From assembly GCA_951406725.2 (NCBI GenBank), contig OX597838.1, positions 28,396,001-28,460,000 of the forward strand: a DNA stretch of 64,000 bases. The letters run 5' to 3'. The notes under the pieces are model-generated. The model saw nothing but the letters and a program-made list of their open reading frames with translations, was not told the origin of the DNA and did no database searches. The DNA comes from Octopus vulgaris. Its lineage: Eukaryota. Positions 50,869 through 64,000 of this stretch are shown here, piece by piece. Position 1 is the first letter of the stretch; every line of letters begins with the position of its first letter. The position numbers and the translations under genes are program-made.

Positions 50869-50906
<38 letters not shown>

Positions 50907-50966
50907 CTCTTTAAAATGTCTGTGGTGCATGTGATGCACTTTGATTTATATCTACATCCAAGTTAT

Positions 50967-51454
50967 GGAAAGACTTCTGCCCACCACCCCCATTTTCTTC
51001 CAAATTTGTTTATTTTTGTAATTTTTTTTTTTTTTCCAAAAATCCATGTTTTCGGATACGGAGTTTCGTAAAATTGCAAAAAAAAAATCGGCATTGTGAA
51101 CCCTCTCACCTTACCCCCCTCCCAACTTTTTCAACTTTTTTCCCCCCAATACTAACCCTAACCTTAACCCTAACACCGTAACTGTTAGTAAGGAAATGTT
51201 TTTGAGATTTTTATTCGAATCTTGATGTCCGTATTTTTCCGCATATTTAGAAGAAAAAAAGGAAAAAAAAAAACAATTGGGGGAAAAAAGTTAAAAATGA
51301 AGGAAATGGGGGTGGTAATTTAGAAATGGCGATGTTTGCCAAATTTTTTGCAGATTCGTATTCCCCGTAGCCGAAAGGGGGAGGTCTATGTCAGAAAATT
51401 TTTTTGTTTTAGAGGGTGGTTTAAAAAGGGGTGGGGACGGGCGGAAGTCTTGCC
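50967..51454. mobile_element. Merlin-like MITE
   Basis: TIR GGAAAGACTTCTGCCC versus GGCAAGACTTCCGCCC, TSD CAAGTTAT/CAAGTTGT, internal CTAACC repeats. Confidence 0.75.
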
Positions 51455-51617
51455 CAAGTTGTCCTAGACTTTTGTAGACACACTCACTAACCTCTTCCTA
51501 TTATATATATATATATATATATATATTTATAAATAAGGATAAAATCGATGTTTAAATATCGATATTATCAAGTGGCCAGCATGGGAATAAATACCATGCA
51601 AAGGTAATCATTTTTAT

Positions 51618-51802
51618 ACAACTATAAATAAGGGTGTCCGAGAGACACCACCATGCCGAAATAGCAGTCAAATCCCTGTCTCCAAAAACCACCTTAAATC
51701 TTATCTCATGGTGCGATATGAACATTTAATGTGGTTTTTGGAGTCAGGGATTTGACTGCTATTTCGTCGTGGTGGTGTCTCTCGGACACCCTTATTTATA
51801 GT

Positions 51803-51804
<2 letters not shown>
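51618..51804. repeat. Near-perfect hairpin with a short loop
   Basis: ACAACTATAAATAAGGGTGTCCGAGAGACACCACCA... versus ...TGGTGGTGTCTCTCGGACACCCTTATTTATAGTTGT. Confidence 0.9.
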
Positions 51805-51865
<61 letters not shown>

Positions 51866-52877
51866 CACACACACATTATACATCATGTATTGAGTATTCT
51901 TTTGATTCTGTAATTCATATTATACGAGATACACACACATTTATTAATAAATGTATATAGGTCTATAGGTGTGTGTGATATATTTATGTGTTCGTTGCTG
52001 CTCCTGAGCAAGCAGACTTACGATGAAAGACGCCCAGTCCAGTCGTGACCACTCCGCTTTTTTTTTTTTTCCATACATAGTGTGTATCTGGGATGCCATT
52101 ATCTCATACGTCTTTCCTTTCGCTTTTTTTTATGGCTGTAAGCGATGAGGTGACTGCTATTTCTAGCAAATCGAACATTTCATTGGGCTTCGATATGCTT
52201 GTACGTTGTTGTTTATCCCTGGAACAGACCATTAGTCAAACCATGACCATCCCGTCTTTTTAGGAAAATTCGAGAACAACATTCTCCAATGTATCCTTGC
52301 GTTTTTTGGGGGGTTTTTCTTTTAAGACGGTAAGGTGAACTTTGATGGATACTTGGCTGCTCTTTTTAGCATGCCGAGCTACCTTATCGGCTTCGATATA
52401 CTTGTATATTTAGAAAGTATATCAATCATACAGTCAGGTTAATCAATCGACTGGTCATTTGCCGAAACAATATTCTGTGGTCTTTCTCCAAATCCGGAAC
52501 CCAGTTTGACGAGCATATATATATCTTTTCGATTTTTGATTTGCGTATAAAACCTTGTGAATGGTCCATTATTGGCGTTTGTCCTTTTTGTTGACTCTGG
52601 AAATCGTTTTAACGTCTATTTTGGACGACAGACTGTTTTAACGCCTGCTTTATATATATTATATATATATATATATATTACGGAGATGTACTCGCATAGC
52701 AAGTAATTTGATCTGAGATCGTGTGCTGAAACGAAAATAATTGCAGCGTGGAAGGTGTTTATAAGCCATTTAAGAAACACACAAAAGCCGTTCGATTCAC
52801 TTCAACATTTAAATTTAATTTGTCAAAATATTTTCGTCGCTAAAATCCGCGACCTGTTCACTGACAAAAATCCGTGC

Positions 52878-52930
<53 letters not shown>

Positions 52931-53133
52931 TCTGTGTGTGTGCATCGTTAGTAAATCATAAAGCCGAAAAAGTTATAGAGCAGTAGAATATATAAGGATT
53001 AGATATGGTCGGCTTCTGGGGTTACCTTAGACCTTAGGGTCTGAAGAAACGCTGTAAAACCAAGCGCCCTTATGGACGTGAAACCTAGGGTGGCCCCATA
53101 GACCGGCCATGTCTATCTTATATAGGAAAAAAT

Positions 53134-53515
53134 GAGGCGCAATGGCCCAGTGGTTAGGGCAGCGGACTCGCGGTCGTAGGATCGCGGTTTCGATTCCCAG
53201 ACCGGGCGTTGTGAGTGTTTATTGAGCGAAAACACCTAAAGCTCCACGAGGCTCCGGCAGGGGATGGTGGTGATCCCTGCTGTACTCTTTCACCACAACT
53301 TTCTCTCACTCTTACTTTCTGTTTCTGTTGTACCTGTATTTGAAAGGGCCGGCCTTGTCGCTCTCTGTGTCACGCTGAATATCCCCGAGAACTGCGTCAA
53401 GGGTGCACGTGTCTGTGGAGTGCTCAGCCACTTACACGTTAATTTCACGAGCAGACTGTTCCGTTGATTCGGATCAACCGGAACCCTCGTCGTCGTAACC
53501 GACGGAGTGCTTCCA
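53134..53515 (+). mobile_element. tRNA-derived SINE family C; related pieces at 10215-10436 and 60350-60970 (minus)
   Basis: A box TGGCCCAGTGG, B box GTTTCGATTCC, shared body GAGCGAAAACACCTAAAGCTCCACGAGGCTCCG. Confidence 0.85.
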
Positions 53516-54044
53516 TATAGGAAAAATATTAGTTGAAAACGCATTGAAAATAGTTGAAATATTTTTTGTTAATATAGTTGGAGTTCCATATATTATTTGA
53601 AACAAGTTAACATGTACTGAATCAAACTGTTTTGAATTATTTGTGAGTAGTAGTAGTGTATGTTTATGTGTATATACATTGGGAGCGGGGTATCACACAT
53701 GCCCATATGGACATTAAATGGTCATGATGTGTATAATGAACTTATCGTAAGCAGTGCTCTGTTGTTGCATTACAACTCATCAGAAGAGGTAACCGAAAGT
53801 GCATGTGCAAATATGCAGAATAATGCGCAGAAAGTGAAAAGTGAATGAGTTGTTTCAACAAAAAAAAAAAGAAAAGAAAAGAAAGCAACGTTGGTGGTGG
53901 TGGTGGTGGTGTGGGGACCATCAAGTGTACAGTTGGCGAATTTCTGGGAGCATGGAAGTTTAGAAGGATGTAGTTCCTTGACAGCTAACAACTGATATGG
54001 ATAGTTTATTCTAAGCTATGTGGATTTTCTTTCTTTCTTTCTTT

Positions 54045-54234
54045 CTTTTATTCCTTTACTTGTTTCAGTCATTTGACTGCGGCCATGCTGGAGCACCACC
54101 TTTAGTCGAGCAAGTCGACCCCGGGACTTGTTCTTTGTAAGCCCAGTACTTATTCTACCAGTCTCTTTTGCCGAACCGCTAAGTGACGGGGACGTAAACA
54201 CACCAGCATCGGTTGTCGAGCAATGCTAGGGGGA

Positions 54235-54318
<84 letters not shown>

Positions 54319-54496
54319 TACACACATATATACGACAGGCTTCTTTCAGTTTCCATCTACCAAATCCACTCACAAGGCTTTGGTCAGCCCGGGGCTATAG
54401 CAGAAGACACTTGCCCAAGATGCCACGCAGTGGGACTGAACCCGGAACCATGTGGTTGGTTAGCAAGCTACTTACCACACAGCCACTCCTGCGCCT
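54045..54496 (-). mobile_element. SINE family A (older, decayed copies at ~55260-56415)
   Basis: Full-length reverse-complement copy. Confidence 0.9.
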
Positions 54497-54529
54497 GTGT
54501 ATATATATATATATATTGTGTGTATATAA

Positions 54530-54967
54530 AACAAAATATTTGGGCTGGAAATGGCCAGTTTAACCCTTCAGCATTCAGATAACTTTGTCAAATGTAATGC
54601 TTATTTATTCATATTGCTTTGAATTAATCCTGCATTATCTCCTAGTTTTGAGATTTTAATGATGGAATTGTATATTTTTAGAATGACATTGTAGGATAGG
54701 TGAGAAAGGCCAAATTTGGTCTGTTTGAACATACAACAAATAGAATATTTGGGTTGGATATGGCCAGTTTAAACCTTTAGTATTCACGTAACTCTGTCAA
54801 ATATAATTCTTATTTAGTCATCTAGAATCTTGTAGCTTCAATATTTCAATGATTTGATTGTTTAGGAATGACATTGTAGGGTAGGTGTGAGAGACTGGAT
54901 CCGGTCCATTTGGCCATATAACAGGTAGAATATTTGGGCCTCACATGGCCAGTTTAAATGCTAAAGA
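54530..54967. mobile_element. Tandem ~210-bp piggyBac-like MITE units (related pieces at 58450-58545 and 60985-61160)
   Basis: TTAACCCTT.AGCATT start; TGCTAAAGGGTTAA end is seen at ~58531-58544. Confidence 0.6.
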
Positions 54968-55609
54968 CTCACTGGTACGTTTCTAGGAAATAGTTTTTAG
55001 TGCATTAAAGTTTATGGGAAGCTGAAGTTCACATATAGGATCCATGGTTACTTTTTGTGACATGTTTTTGGTTAAAAAAAAAAAAGGGCATTTTGTCTGT
55101 CATGAAATCTATTAAATTTTAGTAAAGGAGCTCGGAAGAAAAAGTGTGTGGTGGGGTTGTCCTTGCATTCAATTTGTGGGTGTCCATGTCACTTTGTATA
55201 TGTGTGTTTATGTTTCATTACTGTTTGTGTATTACACACACACACACACACTCACACATTATCTTTTATTTGTTTCAGTCAGACTGTGGCCATACTAGGG
55301 CAGTGCCTTGAAGAATTTTAGTCAAATGTATCAACTCCAGTACTTCTTTTTGAAAGCTTGGTACTTATTCCATCAATCACTTTTGCCATACCGCTAAGTT
55401 ATGGAGATATAGACACATCAGTATTGGTTGTCAAGAGGCGGTGAGGGACAAACAGACACATATGGATATATCATCATCATATGTCCACTTTCCATGCTGG
55501 CATAGGTTAGACAATTTGACTGGAACTGATAAACCAGAAGGCTGCACTAGGTTCCACTCTGGTTTATATATATTGAGTACATCACAATAACAATCAAATG
55601 GAAATTGTA

Positions 55610-55810
55610 GTTGCGATACCTGTGCCGGTGGCACGTAAAAAGCACCCACTACACTCAAGGAATGGTTGGTGTTAGGAAGGGCATCCAGCTATAGAAACAC
55701 TGTCAGATCAGATTAGAGCCTGGTGCAGCCATCTGGTTAGCCAGTCTTCAGTTAAATCGTCCAACCCATGCTAGCATGGAAAACGGACGCTAAATGATGA
55801 TGATGATGAT
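55610..55810 (+). mobile_element. Retroposon 3' end with (TGA)n tail, family D; also ~880-1180, 11290-11470, 16050-16228, 57780-57990, 63330-63510
   Basis: Shared GTGGTTGGYGTTAGGAAGGGCATCCAGC...CCAACCCATGC.AGCATGG...TAAATGATGATG. Confidence 0.8.
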
Positions 55811-55849
<39 letters not shown>

Positions 55850-56431
55850 CACACACGCACGCACACACACACGCACACACATGTATATGATAGGCTTCTT
55901 TCAGTTTCTACCAAATCCACTCTCAAGGCTTTGGTCGGCCCGAGGCTATAGTAGAAGACACTTGCCCAAGGTGCCATGTGATTGGTAAGCAAGCATCTTA
56001 CCACACAGCCTTGCCTGCACCTATATATACACACACACACACACACATATATTTATCTTTCATTTGTTTCAGTCATTAGACTGTGGCCATGCTGGAGCAC
56101 CACCATGAAGAATTTAGTCGAATGTATTGATCCCAGTACTTTTTTTTTTAAACCTGGTACTTACTCTATCAGTCTCTTTCCCTGAACCACTAAGTTATAG
56201 GGATGTAAACACACCAACACCAGTTGTCAAGCAGTGGTGGGGCATAGACACACGCATACACAAAATTGGGTTTCTTTCAGTTTCCATCTACCAAATCCAC
56301 ACACAAGGATTTGGCCGGGTTGAGACACTTTCCCAAGGTGCCACGTAATGGGACTGAACCTGAAACCATGTGGGTCGGAGGCAAGCTTTATACCACAAAG
56401 CCATGCCTGTGCCTGTATATTTATATATATA

Positions 56432-56822
56432 GTAGCAGTATTGCCCGGCGTTGCTCGGGTTTGTTTCGACCCTTTAGAATTGGAATTTTTGAAAAGTAAA
56501 AATTTTGCATTATGAAGCTTGTTATTCTCTTTAAGTGAACATTTTTCTGGTTGAAATATACCGAAAGATGGCGACACAGTAGTAAAAAAAATCGTAAAAA
56601 ATTGGGATTTTCATAGAAAAAAAAGCACCTTTTTTTATGTAAATAATTTTGGGTGTTAACATGGTCCGATTTGAATTTTTTCTTCTACGGAAGGAAGAGC
56701 AAGCCTTCTTCTATCATACTCTCAATTTTGGTCAACTTGTGCCGCAGGGTCTCGGAGGAGATAGTGTTAGTTGAAGGCTACCAAACCTGCCTTACACAGA
56801 CAACTTCAGCTTTATATATAGA
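56432..56822 (-). mobile_element. Helitron-like element, second copy
   Basis: Collinear with 3017-3428. Confidence 0.8.
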
Positions 56823-59459
56823 GAGAGATATATGTTTATGTATTTGTTTTGCAAAATTCTTGATGTGTAATCGTGTTGAATCATATTGTTATATTTTGGG
56901 ATGGTCATTTTTTCTTTTTCTTTTTTTGCCAAATTAACACGTGCACTGTATATTCGGTCTTCACTTCAGATTTACTATTGCTCTTGTTTCATGTTCTTTT
57001 GTCTGGAAATCTTTTGTCACACCTCCTGTGACCTCTTCAGCAACTCTCCATTCCATGTGTCTCCTCCTGTTCTGACATAGGACATAAAATAAGAATGATG
57101 ATAAAATAAATCTGAAGTGAAGAATAAATATATAGTGCATGTGCTTATTTGTCAAAAAAAAAAAGACCATTCCAAAATATAACTACACACACACAATTAA
57201 CTGGACATCTAATCTGGTCACTTGACACAGTAAACTTTCATTTGGTGGTATTTTACAATTAAGCGGTGAGCTGGCAGAAATGTTAGCATGCCGGGCGAAA
57301 TGCGTAGACGTATTTCGTCTGCTGTTACGTTCTGAGTTCAAATTCCGCCGAGGTCAACTTTGCCTTTCATCCTTTCGAGGTCGATTAAATAAGTACCAGT
57401 TACGCACTGGGGTCGATATAATCGACTTAAAACCGTGTGTCTGTCCTTGTTTGTCCTCTTTTTGTTTAGCCCCTTATAGGTAGTAAAGAAATAGGTATTT
57501 TACAATTAAGCTTTCGCAAATAAAAACTGAAGAAGGCAATGAGTCGCACAAGAGTGAAAAAGAAGAATTGAGGTGGTGTTGAGGATAAAAGAGATGAAAA
57601 TATGGAGGAGGAGCAACTGCCTGGTGGATATGAATGTCTCATCAAAATTGTGAAGAAAGTAGATCATCTATGAAGAACTGAGAAGCTTGTCTTAACCTGC
57701 TTTGCCCTGCCCTTCTCTCATACTCTCACCCTTTATCCCTTAGCATAAAACTAACCCCACTTTCAGAGTTTGTAGCCATGCATGCTGCATGGTGACCTCA
57801 ACAGCACTGGTGGCATAAAAATGCTCCCAGTACACATTGTACAATGGTTGGAATTAGTAATGGCATCAGCTGAAGAAACCATTCCAAAAGACATTGGAGC
57901 ACAATGCTGTCCTTGGACCCAACGGATCTTGTCTAATCATCCAACCCTTGCCAGTATGAAACATGGATGTTAAATGATGATAATTATAATGACGAAACCA
58001 ACTGGTGTTTGATAAGTTTGGTCAAGGTGACCAAACTATTCAAAATGAACTGTTATCAATGAGATTAGCTGAGATCGTGTATCATACATACTGCCATAGA
58101 TCTAGACTCTTGGAACGGTTGTGAATAGGGAAATGTGTCATTTAAATCATGTGTGAACTTCAGACAGCAACAGGAAATCAAGTTTAAAAATGATAAATCT
58201 TGATACTTCTCACGAAACAGCCAAATGTTGCCAATACTTATCACCTGACCAGAATAAAGTAGTTTTCTAAATGCAAATTCTGTGGTTATGTACATGACTG
58301 TTTGATAAAGGATAGAAAAAAAAATGTCCTGCGTTTGAAAACGAAATGCCAATTATGCAACAGTAAAAAAAAAATGTGCTTTCAACAATTTATTTAAAAG
58401 TAGGAAATGTTGATTAAATTGATGATTAAATCTCTGCGATTGAAACAAATGGGTAGGTGTAAGAGGCCAAATCTGACCAGTTTGAACATAAAAAGAGTAA
58501 AATGTTTGGGCTGGATATAGCCAGTTTAAGTGCTAAAGGGTTAAATGTATTTTGCTTTTAAGGCCCCTTGGAAATAGGCCTACAATCTGAAGTTATTTTG
58601 GACTGTGATAAAAATCATAGTCTTGTTGGAGTTGATGTAGTAAATAGTAATAGACAAAAATTGATTCCATTGTATCTGTTGGCTAAGGTTTGGACAGAGG
58701 TTAGAGCATTCTCCACCTGCTAAAATTAGCAGTCAAATCGCACCCTATCACTGGATGTATTTCTGGGTTCTTGTGGGAGAAATAATGGTTGGATGGGTAT
58801 AGTCAAAATGCTTTTGATCATAGGCCCACTCAGTCAGGGCATATTTAGGACTAAACAACAACAATTCCAACAAAAATAGTCTCTTGAATTTGTAGGCCCT
58901 TTTCTTTTCATTCTTTGAGGTCCCTTACAACACGGTGGCCTCAAGCCTTATTTAGGACCAAAACGTTTATAAAAAAATGTTCTGTAAAACAGACCTGTTA
59001 GGTGAAGCTGACCAGTTCTATTCTTTCTGCATCTAAACTATCAGGGGCACATACTGCCCCCAAGTGCTCCCTCAGCAGCCCTCAATGGTCTTCTCTCTAT
59101 AAATATATTTTTTTTCTTTGAATTGTGTTTTCCTTTTTTTAGTGCAGCCCCTTAAAAAAATCCAGGTTTTGGATCTGGCGTGGATATTAAAAAGGTTGAG
59201 AATCATTGGTCTAAGCACATGGTTAGTCTACATTACTCTGTAAGGGACATAGGGCCAGCCTCCTGGTTTCTCTGGCATATCTATTCCTCCCTTGATATGA
59301 TGTTGCTGGTGTGTTGTAGGGTCACTCATTTTTGCCAGCCGAGTGGACTGGAGCAACATGAAATGAAGTGTTTTGCTCAAGAACACAATGTATCTCCCGG
59401 TCAAAACCACAATTTTATGATCATGTGTCCAATACCCTAACCACTACACCGTGTTCCTC

Positions 59460-59955
59460 CATATGCCATGGCGAGTCATGGCCAATGAGGGTAGAAGATA
59501 TTAAGCAACTAGAATCCTTCAGCCACCTCTGTCTACGCCGCATCCTTCGTGTCTGATGGCATCACTTTGTCTCCAGCAATTTGGTGTGACACCAGTGCAA
59601 AATCACCTCCCTCCGACAAATCATCCTAACTAGACATCTGCGTTGTCTGGGTCGTGCCCTCCGTCGTCAACTAGGAGAATTCATCTACAAAGCAATTGAC
59701 CCAGCTCCCCTTCAGGGTTGGTGAAAGCGATGTGGTGGACAACGAAAAACCTGGCTGATGACAGTCAAGGCTGATCTGGAACCCAACCTAGGCCCCCATA
59801 TCTACGGCATTCGCCACTGGAATAAGGAGTGGTTGGAGATCACGTGGTTGTTAGCCTCAAATCGCCAGGTCTGGTCGGTGTTTGTGAGAGATGCAGCATT
59901 GAGGATGAATGAAGCCAGCTCAACCCACCCCGGGTGAATGCTGTCTCAAGGCAAG
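59460..59955 (+). mobile_element. Decayed RTE LINE fragment
   Basis: ESWPMRVEDIKQLESFSHLCLRRILRV followed by stops. Confidence 0.8.
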
Positions 59956-62293
59956 AGATATGCCATGTGTTTAAACACATTTAATGCCAACTCTTCACCT
60001 GACGGCAAAACACACACACACACTCACAAAAATGGTATATAAAATGTCCTGCATTAACATAACTACAATCACACATGCCTGTAGAGTGGTAGACATCAGT
60101 GCACCATCAGGAATAATAAGCTATTGTGTTCGTTTATTGTGCGCTTTCAATGTTTTGCAAATAGCATAAAGATATTGTGTTTAAATGCATTGAATTTTAA
60201 TCATTCTGTTTGGGACAGGGTGACATGACATTCTTGGGTGCAGTGTTTGAGAATGGGGCAGTGAACCAGTCTTGCATTTTATTTAAGTCCGTAGTCGACA
60301 TTTTGGCATAGACAATGTGCTCAACAAAAGGCCTCGTATTTTAACTGGCACTCCGTCGATTACGACAAGGGTTCCAGTCGGTCCAATCAACAGAACAGCC
60401 TGCTCATGAAATTAATGTGTAACTGGCTGAGCACTCCACAGACACATGTGCCCTTAGTGTAGTTCTCAGGGAGATATGGCATGATACAGAATGTGACAAG
60501 GTTGGCTCTTTAAAATGCAAGTACTTTTCATTTTTGCCAGCTGAGTGGTCTGGAGCAATGTGAAAATGAAGTGCCTTGCTCAAGGCCACATGCCACTGGT
60601 TATTGAACTTATAACCTTACAATTGTGAGCTGATTACCCTAACCAATAAGCCACAATTTATGTTTTGTTATGTTTGTTCCTTCTCGAGCCGTGCCTGGCT
60701 CATAAGAGCTGGTTTTCCGGTTTCTTTGGCGTATAGGTTCCCCACCTGGACGGGACGCCGGTCGTCGCAGGTGAGCTGCAAGATGCAGGAGGAAAGAGTG
60801 AGAGAAAGTTGTGGCAAAAGAGTCAGTAGAAGTTCACCATTACCTTCTGCCGGAGCCGCATGGAGCTTAGGTATTTCGCTCATAAACACACACATCGCCC
60901 GGTCTGAGATTTGAACCCACGATCCCTCGACTGCAAGTCCGCTGTTCTAATCACTAGGCCATGTGCCCCCACACACCCCCATTTAGATTTCTGTGTCAAA
61001 TGTAATGTTTATTTATTCACATTGTTTTCATTTAATCATGCATTACTTGTAGCTTTGAGATTTTAATGATATAACTGTTTAGAATGACATTGCTAGGTAA
61101 GTGTGAGAGGCCAGCTCTGGCCAGTTTGAACATAAGAGGTAGATTATTTGACAGGGTTAAGGCAGGGAGCTGGCAGAATGGTTAGCATATCCGACAAAAT
61201 ACTTTGTGATATTTCTTACAACTCTTTACATTCTGAGTTCAAATCTTGCCGAGGTCAGTTTTTTCTTTTCATCTTTTTAGGGTTGATAAAACCGGTACCA
61301 GTTACACACTGGGGCTGGGTGTAATCGACTAGCTCTCTCTCCAAAAATTTCAGTCTTTTTTGTGTCTGTAGGAGAAAGTCTCATCATCATTCATGATAAT
61401 TGGAGAAAGGACATGTGACACTCCCATCAAATATGGATGGTCACTCTCCTCGGGGTTAGCACTGATAACGTGGAATAATAGATGCAGATGTGTGTGTGTG
61501 TGTGTGTGAATGTGTGCCCGACCCCCACCACCATACACACGCACCTGTTGGACCAATTTTATTTATATCAGTTGTATAAGAAGTAAGATTGCATGACTTT
61601 ACAAGCAATTATCAGATTTCTTTTTTTTTTTTTTCTCCTTTATTCTTCCTAAGCCAAATCTGTTGGCTGAAAGGGACTCAGCAATCACACCATGTGACCC
61701 CTCTCTCACACTCTCTCTTCCCTCCCGCTCTCTCTTCACTCTCTCTTCTCTCTCTCTCTCTCTCTCTCAGACTTAATTACAATACATTCCACTGCCTCTG
61801 CTTTAAACCCCCCACCCACCCCACTGCTCTTCTAGCATCATCATCATCATCTCCCAAGTCCTTCAGCCTCCCAAACTAATCTATTTTTGTTCTGGGGTTT
61901 TCTTTCTAAATCTACTTTTTTTTTATTTCCAAAACAAAAGAGAAAGTTCTAGAAACACTGCCAGTTGTCTTGTTTCTCACATCTTTGTTCTAACCACTTG
62001 TGGGTTTCTTCCACCTCCTCCTCCTTCTCCTCTTCTTGCTCTTTCTCTGCCTCCTCGTCCTCCTCACTTTATCTCTTGTATAATTTTTTTTGTTTTCTTT
62101 TTGACCTGCCTCTTCCTTCAGGGTGAAATTATTAATCTCAAGCATTTCTGATTCCTTTTTATAATGTGCAGTGTGTGTGTGTGGGGGAGAGAGTGTGTGT
62201 GTATGTATGTGTGTGTGTGTGTGTGAGAGTGTGTGTGTGGGAGAGAGTGTGTGTGTGAGTGTGTGTGTATGTGTGTGTAAGAGTGTGTGTGTG

Positions 62294-62341
<48 letters not shown>

Positions 62342-63519
62342 TGTGTGAGTGTGTGTGTGTCTGAGAGAGTGAGTGAGAGAGAATGTGTACATGTGTATGA
62401 GAATGTGCACGACTGTGTGTGGTGGGATGAGACAGTGTGCCTGTGTGTGTGAGTGAATGTATGTGAGAGAGAGAGTGTGTGAGACTGAAAGTGTGTGTGT
62501 GTTGTGTGTGAGACTGAGAGTGAGCGTGAGACTGTGTTTGTGAGAGAGGGAAAGCGAGGGCTGAAACTGTGTGTGTGTGTGTGCATGAGTATTTATGTGA
62601 ATGAGTGCGAAGGAGTGAGGCGATGTGTGTATATGTGTGTGTGTGTGTGTTTTTATTCTTAGTAACAACCATTTGTGTTGTTCATTGTGTAATCATATTT
62701 GTCTTTTATTCAATTTCATTCAACATTTATAAAGTGATTTTTAGCATTGAAAACAAAAGACAAACAAAACACCATACCATCAAAAGGATGCAGTTATTAA
62801 TTAATTAATGAGGCCTGATGATATTAATTTGTAAAAATAATTATTATTGCTGATTTAGGCACAAGGCCTGCAGTTTTGAAGAGGGTGGGTATTACTCAAT
62901 ACCTATTTCTTTATTGCCCACAAGGGGCTAAACATAGAGGGGACAAACATGGGCAGACATAGGTATTAAGTCGATTACATCGACCCCAGTGCGTAACTGG
63001 TACTTATTTAATTGACCTCGAAAGGATGAAAGGCAAAGTTGACCTCGGCGGAATACCATTGATCCCCAGTACTTGACTGGTACTGTTTTGTCAACCCTAG
63101 AGGGGATGAAAACAAAGTTGGCCCCATCAAGAGTTGAACTCAAAACCACAATAATGCAAAGTATTTTTTTTTTTTTTATGCATCATCAATTAATAACAGA
63201 TAATGGTTTCGGATCTTTGGCATGAGGCCAGCGAATGTAGTGGGTAGGGGTTCCTCATCTACATTGACCCCATACACACTGTGCTTGATGAATGCTTTAT
63301 TTTATTGATCCGGAAAAGTGCCAGATAAAAGGACCCATACTGGTGCTGCGTAAAAGCACTCTGGAAAGTGGTTGGCATTAGGAAGGCTATCCAGCCATAG
63401 AAACCATATCGAAACAGACATGGAGCCTGGGCAGGCCTACAACTGGTCAGCTCCTGTCAATCCATCCAAGCCATGCCAGCATGAAAACTGAACATTAAGT
63501 GATGATGATGTATAAGATA

Positions 63520-63860
63520 GCTAAGTTAATTTTTTGGCTCAAAAAGCAAAAAGCAAGGCCATGTAGGGGGACATTGAGTTATGTACAGGGTGGTGTTCAT
63601 GCAAAGAGTTCAGGCCAATTCTGGTCAAGAGGGACTTTGAACCGAGCGGTCGTCGGCATCTTCACTATCTCGTCTGGCAGCTTATTCCACGGACCCGCAA
63701 CCTGGACGGAGAAAGCCCCTCTCCTTCGATTGAGATGAAATCGTCGCAGATAGAGCTTTTCAGAGTGACCCCGCAGCTGACGCTCTGAAGCAGGAGTGAA
63801 GATGAGCTTGTCTTATTCTGAAATGTAACTAAAAATTGCCATGCATTTAATGCAACCATA
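63520..63860 (-). mobile_element. CR1-type LINE 3' fragment
   Basis: LRGHSEKL...RRGAFSVQVAGPWNKLPDEIV...FK. Confidence 0.78.
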
Positions 63861-64000
63861 TTCTAGATTGACCACCAAGTGTATGATAACTTAGGTAATT
63901 TAGATGCATTTTGGCCAAAGACTGGTGCAGGCCATGTCTAACAACTTAATAGCACCACCTGATAGGATCTGTTAAGTCATTTGTAAGGCAGGTTTTATGG

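Noticed and set aside
51150-51175. Interstitial telomere or fusion scar
   Set aside because: Only a few degenerate units, lying inside a TIR/TSD-bounded MITE
53134-53210. Functional tRNA gene
   Set aside because: A and B boxes are present but there is no proper cloverleaf, and it continues into a SINE body found elsewhere in the window

Overview
Eukaryotic, AT- and microsatellite-rich genomic DNA, most likely octopus/coleoid cephalopod (inferred from the SINE families and repeat load, not from a database search). The left part holds five coding exons, on the minus strand, of a peroxisomal sarcosine/pipecolate oxidase (PIPOX-like) gene that continues beyond the left edge. The main feature is an 11-kb cluster of U3 snoRNA genes (19.4-30.1 kb): six full-length 235-nt copies and two truncated ones. 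They are arranged as ~1.94-kb tandem units plus an inverted pair, forming a ~2-kb-arm palindrome. The copies share a PSE-like element at about -60, a TATA-like element in most copies, a distal ETS/E-box module, a non-canonical box C (UGAAGA) and 3' oligo-T tracts. The rest is intronic or intergenic and filled with tRNA-derived SINEs, RTE/CR1 LINE fragments, Penelope-like remnants with several minimal hammerhead-ribozyme motifs, Helitron/Merlin/Tc1/hAT/piggyBac-like MITEs, foldbacks and microsatellites. A possible orphan first coding exon lies at 41.3 kb on the plus strand. Nearly all ORFs in the supplied track are repeat artefacts. All coordinates were read by eye.
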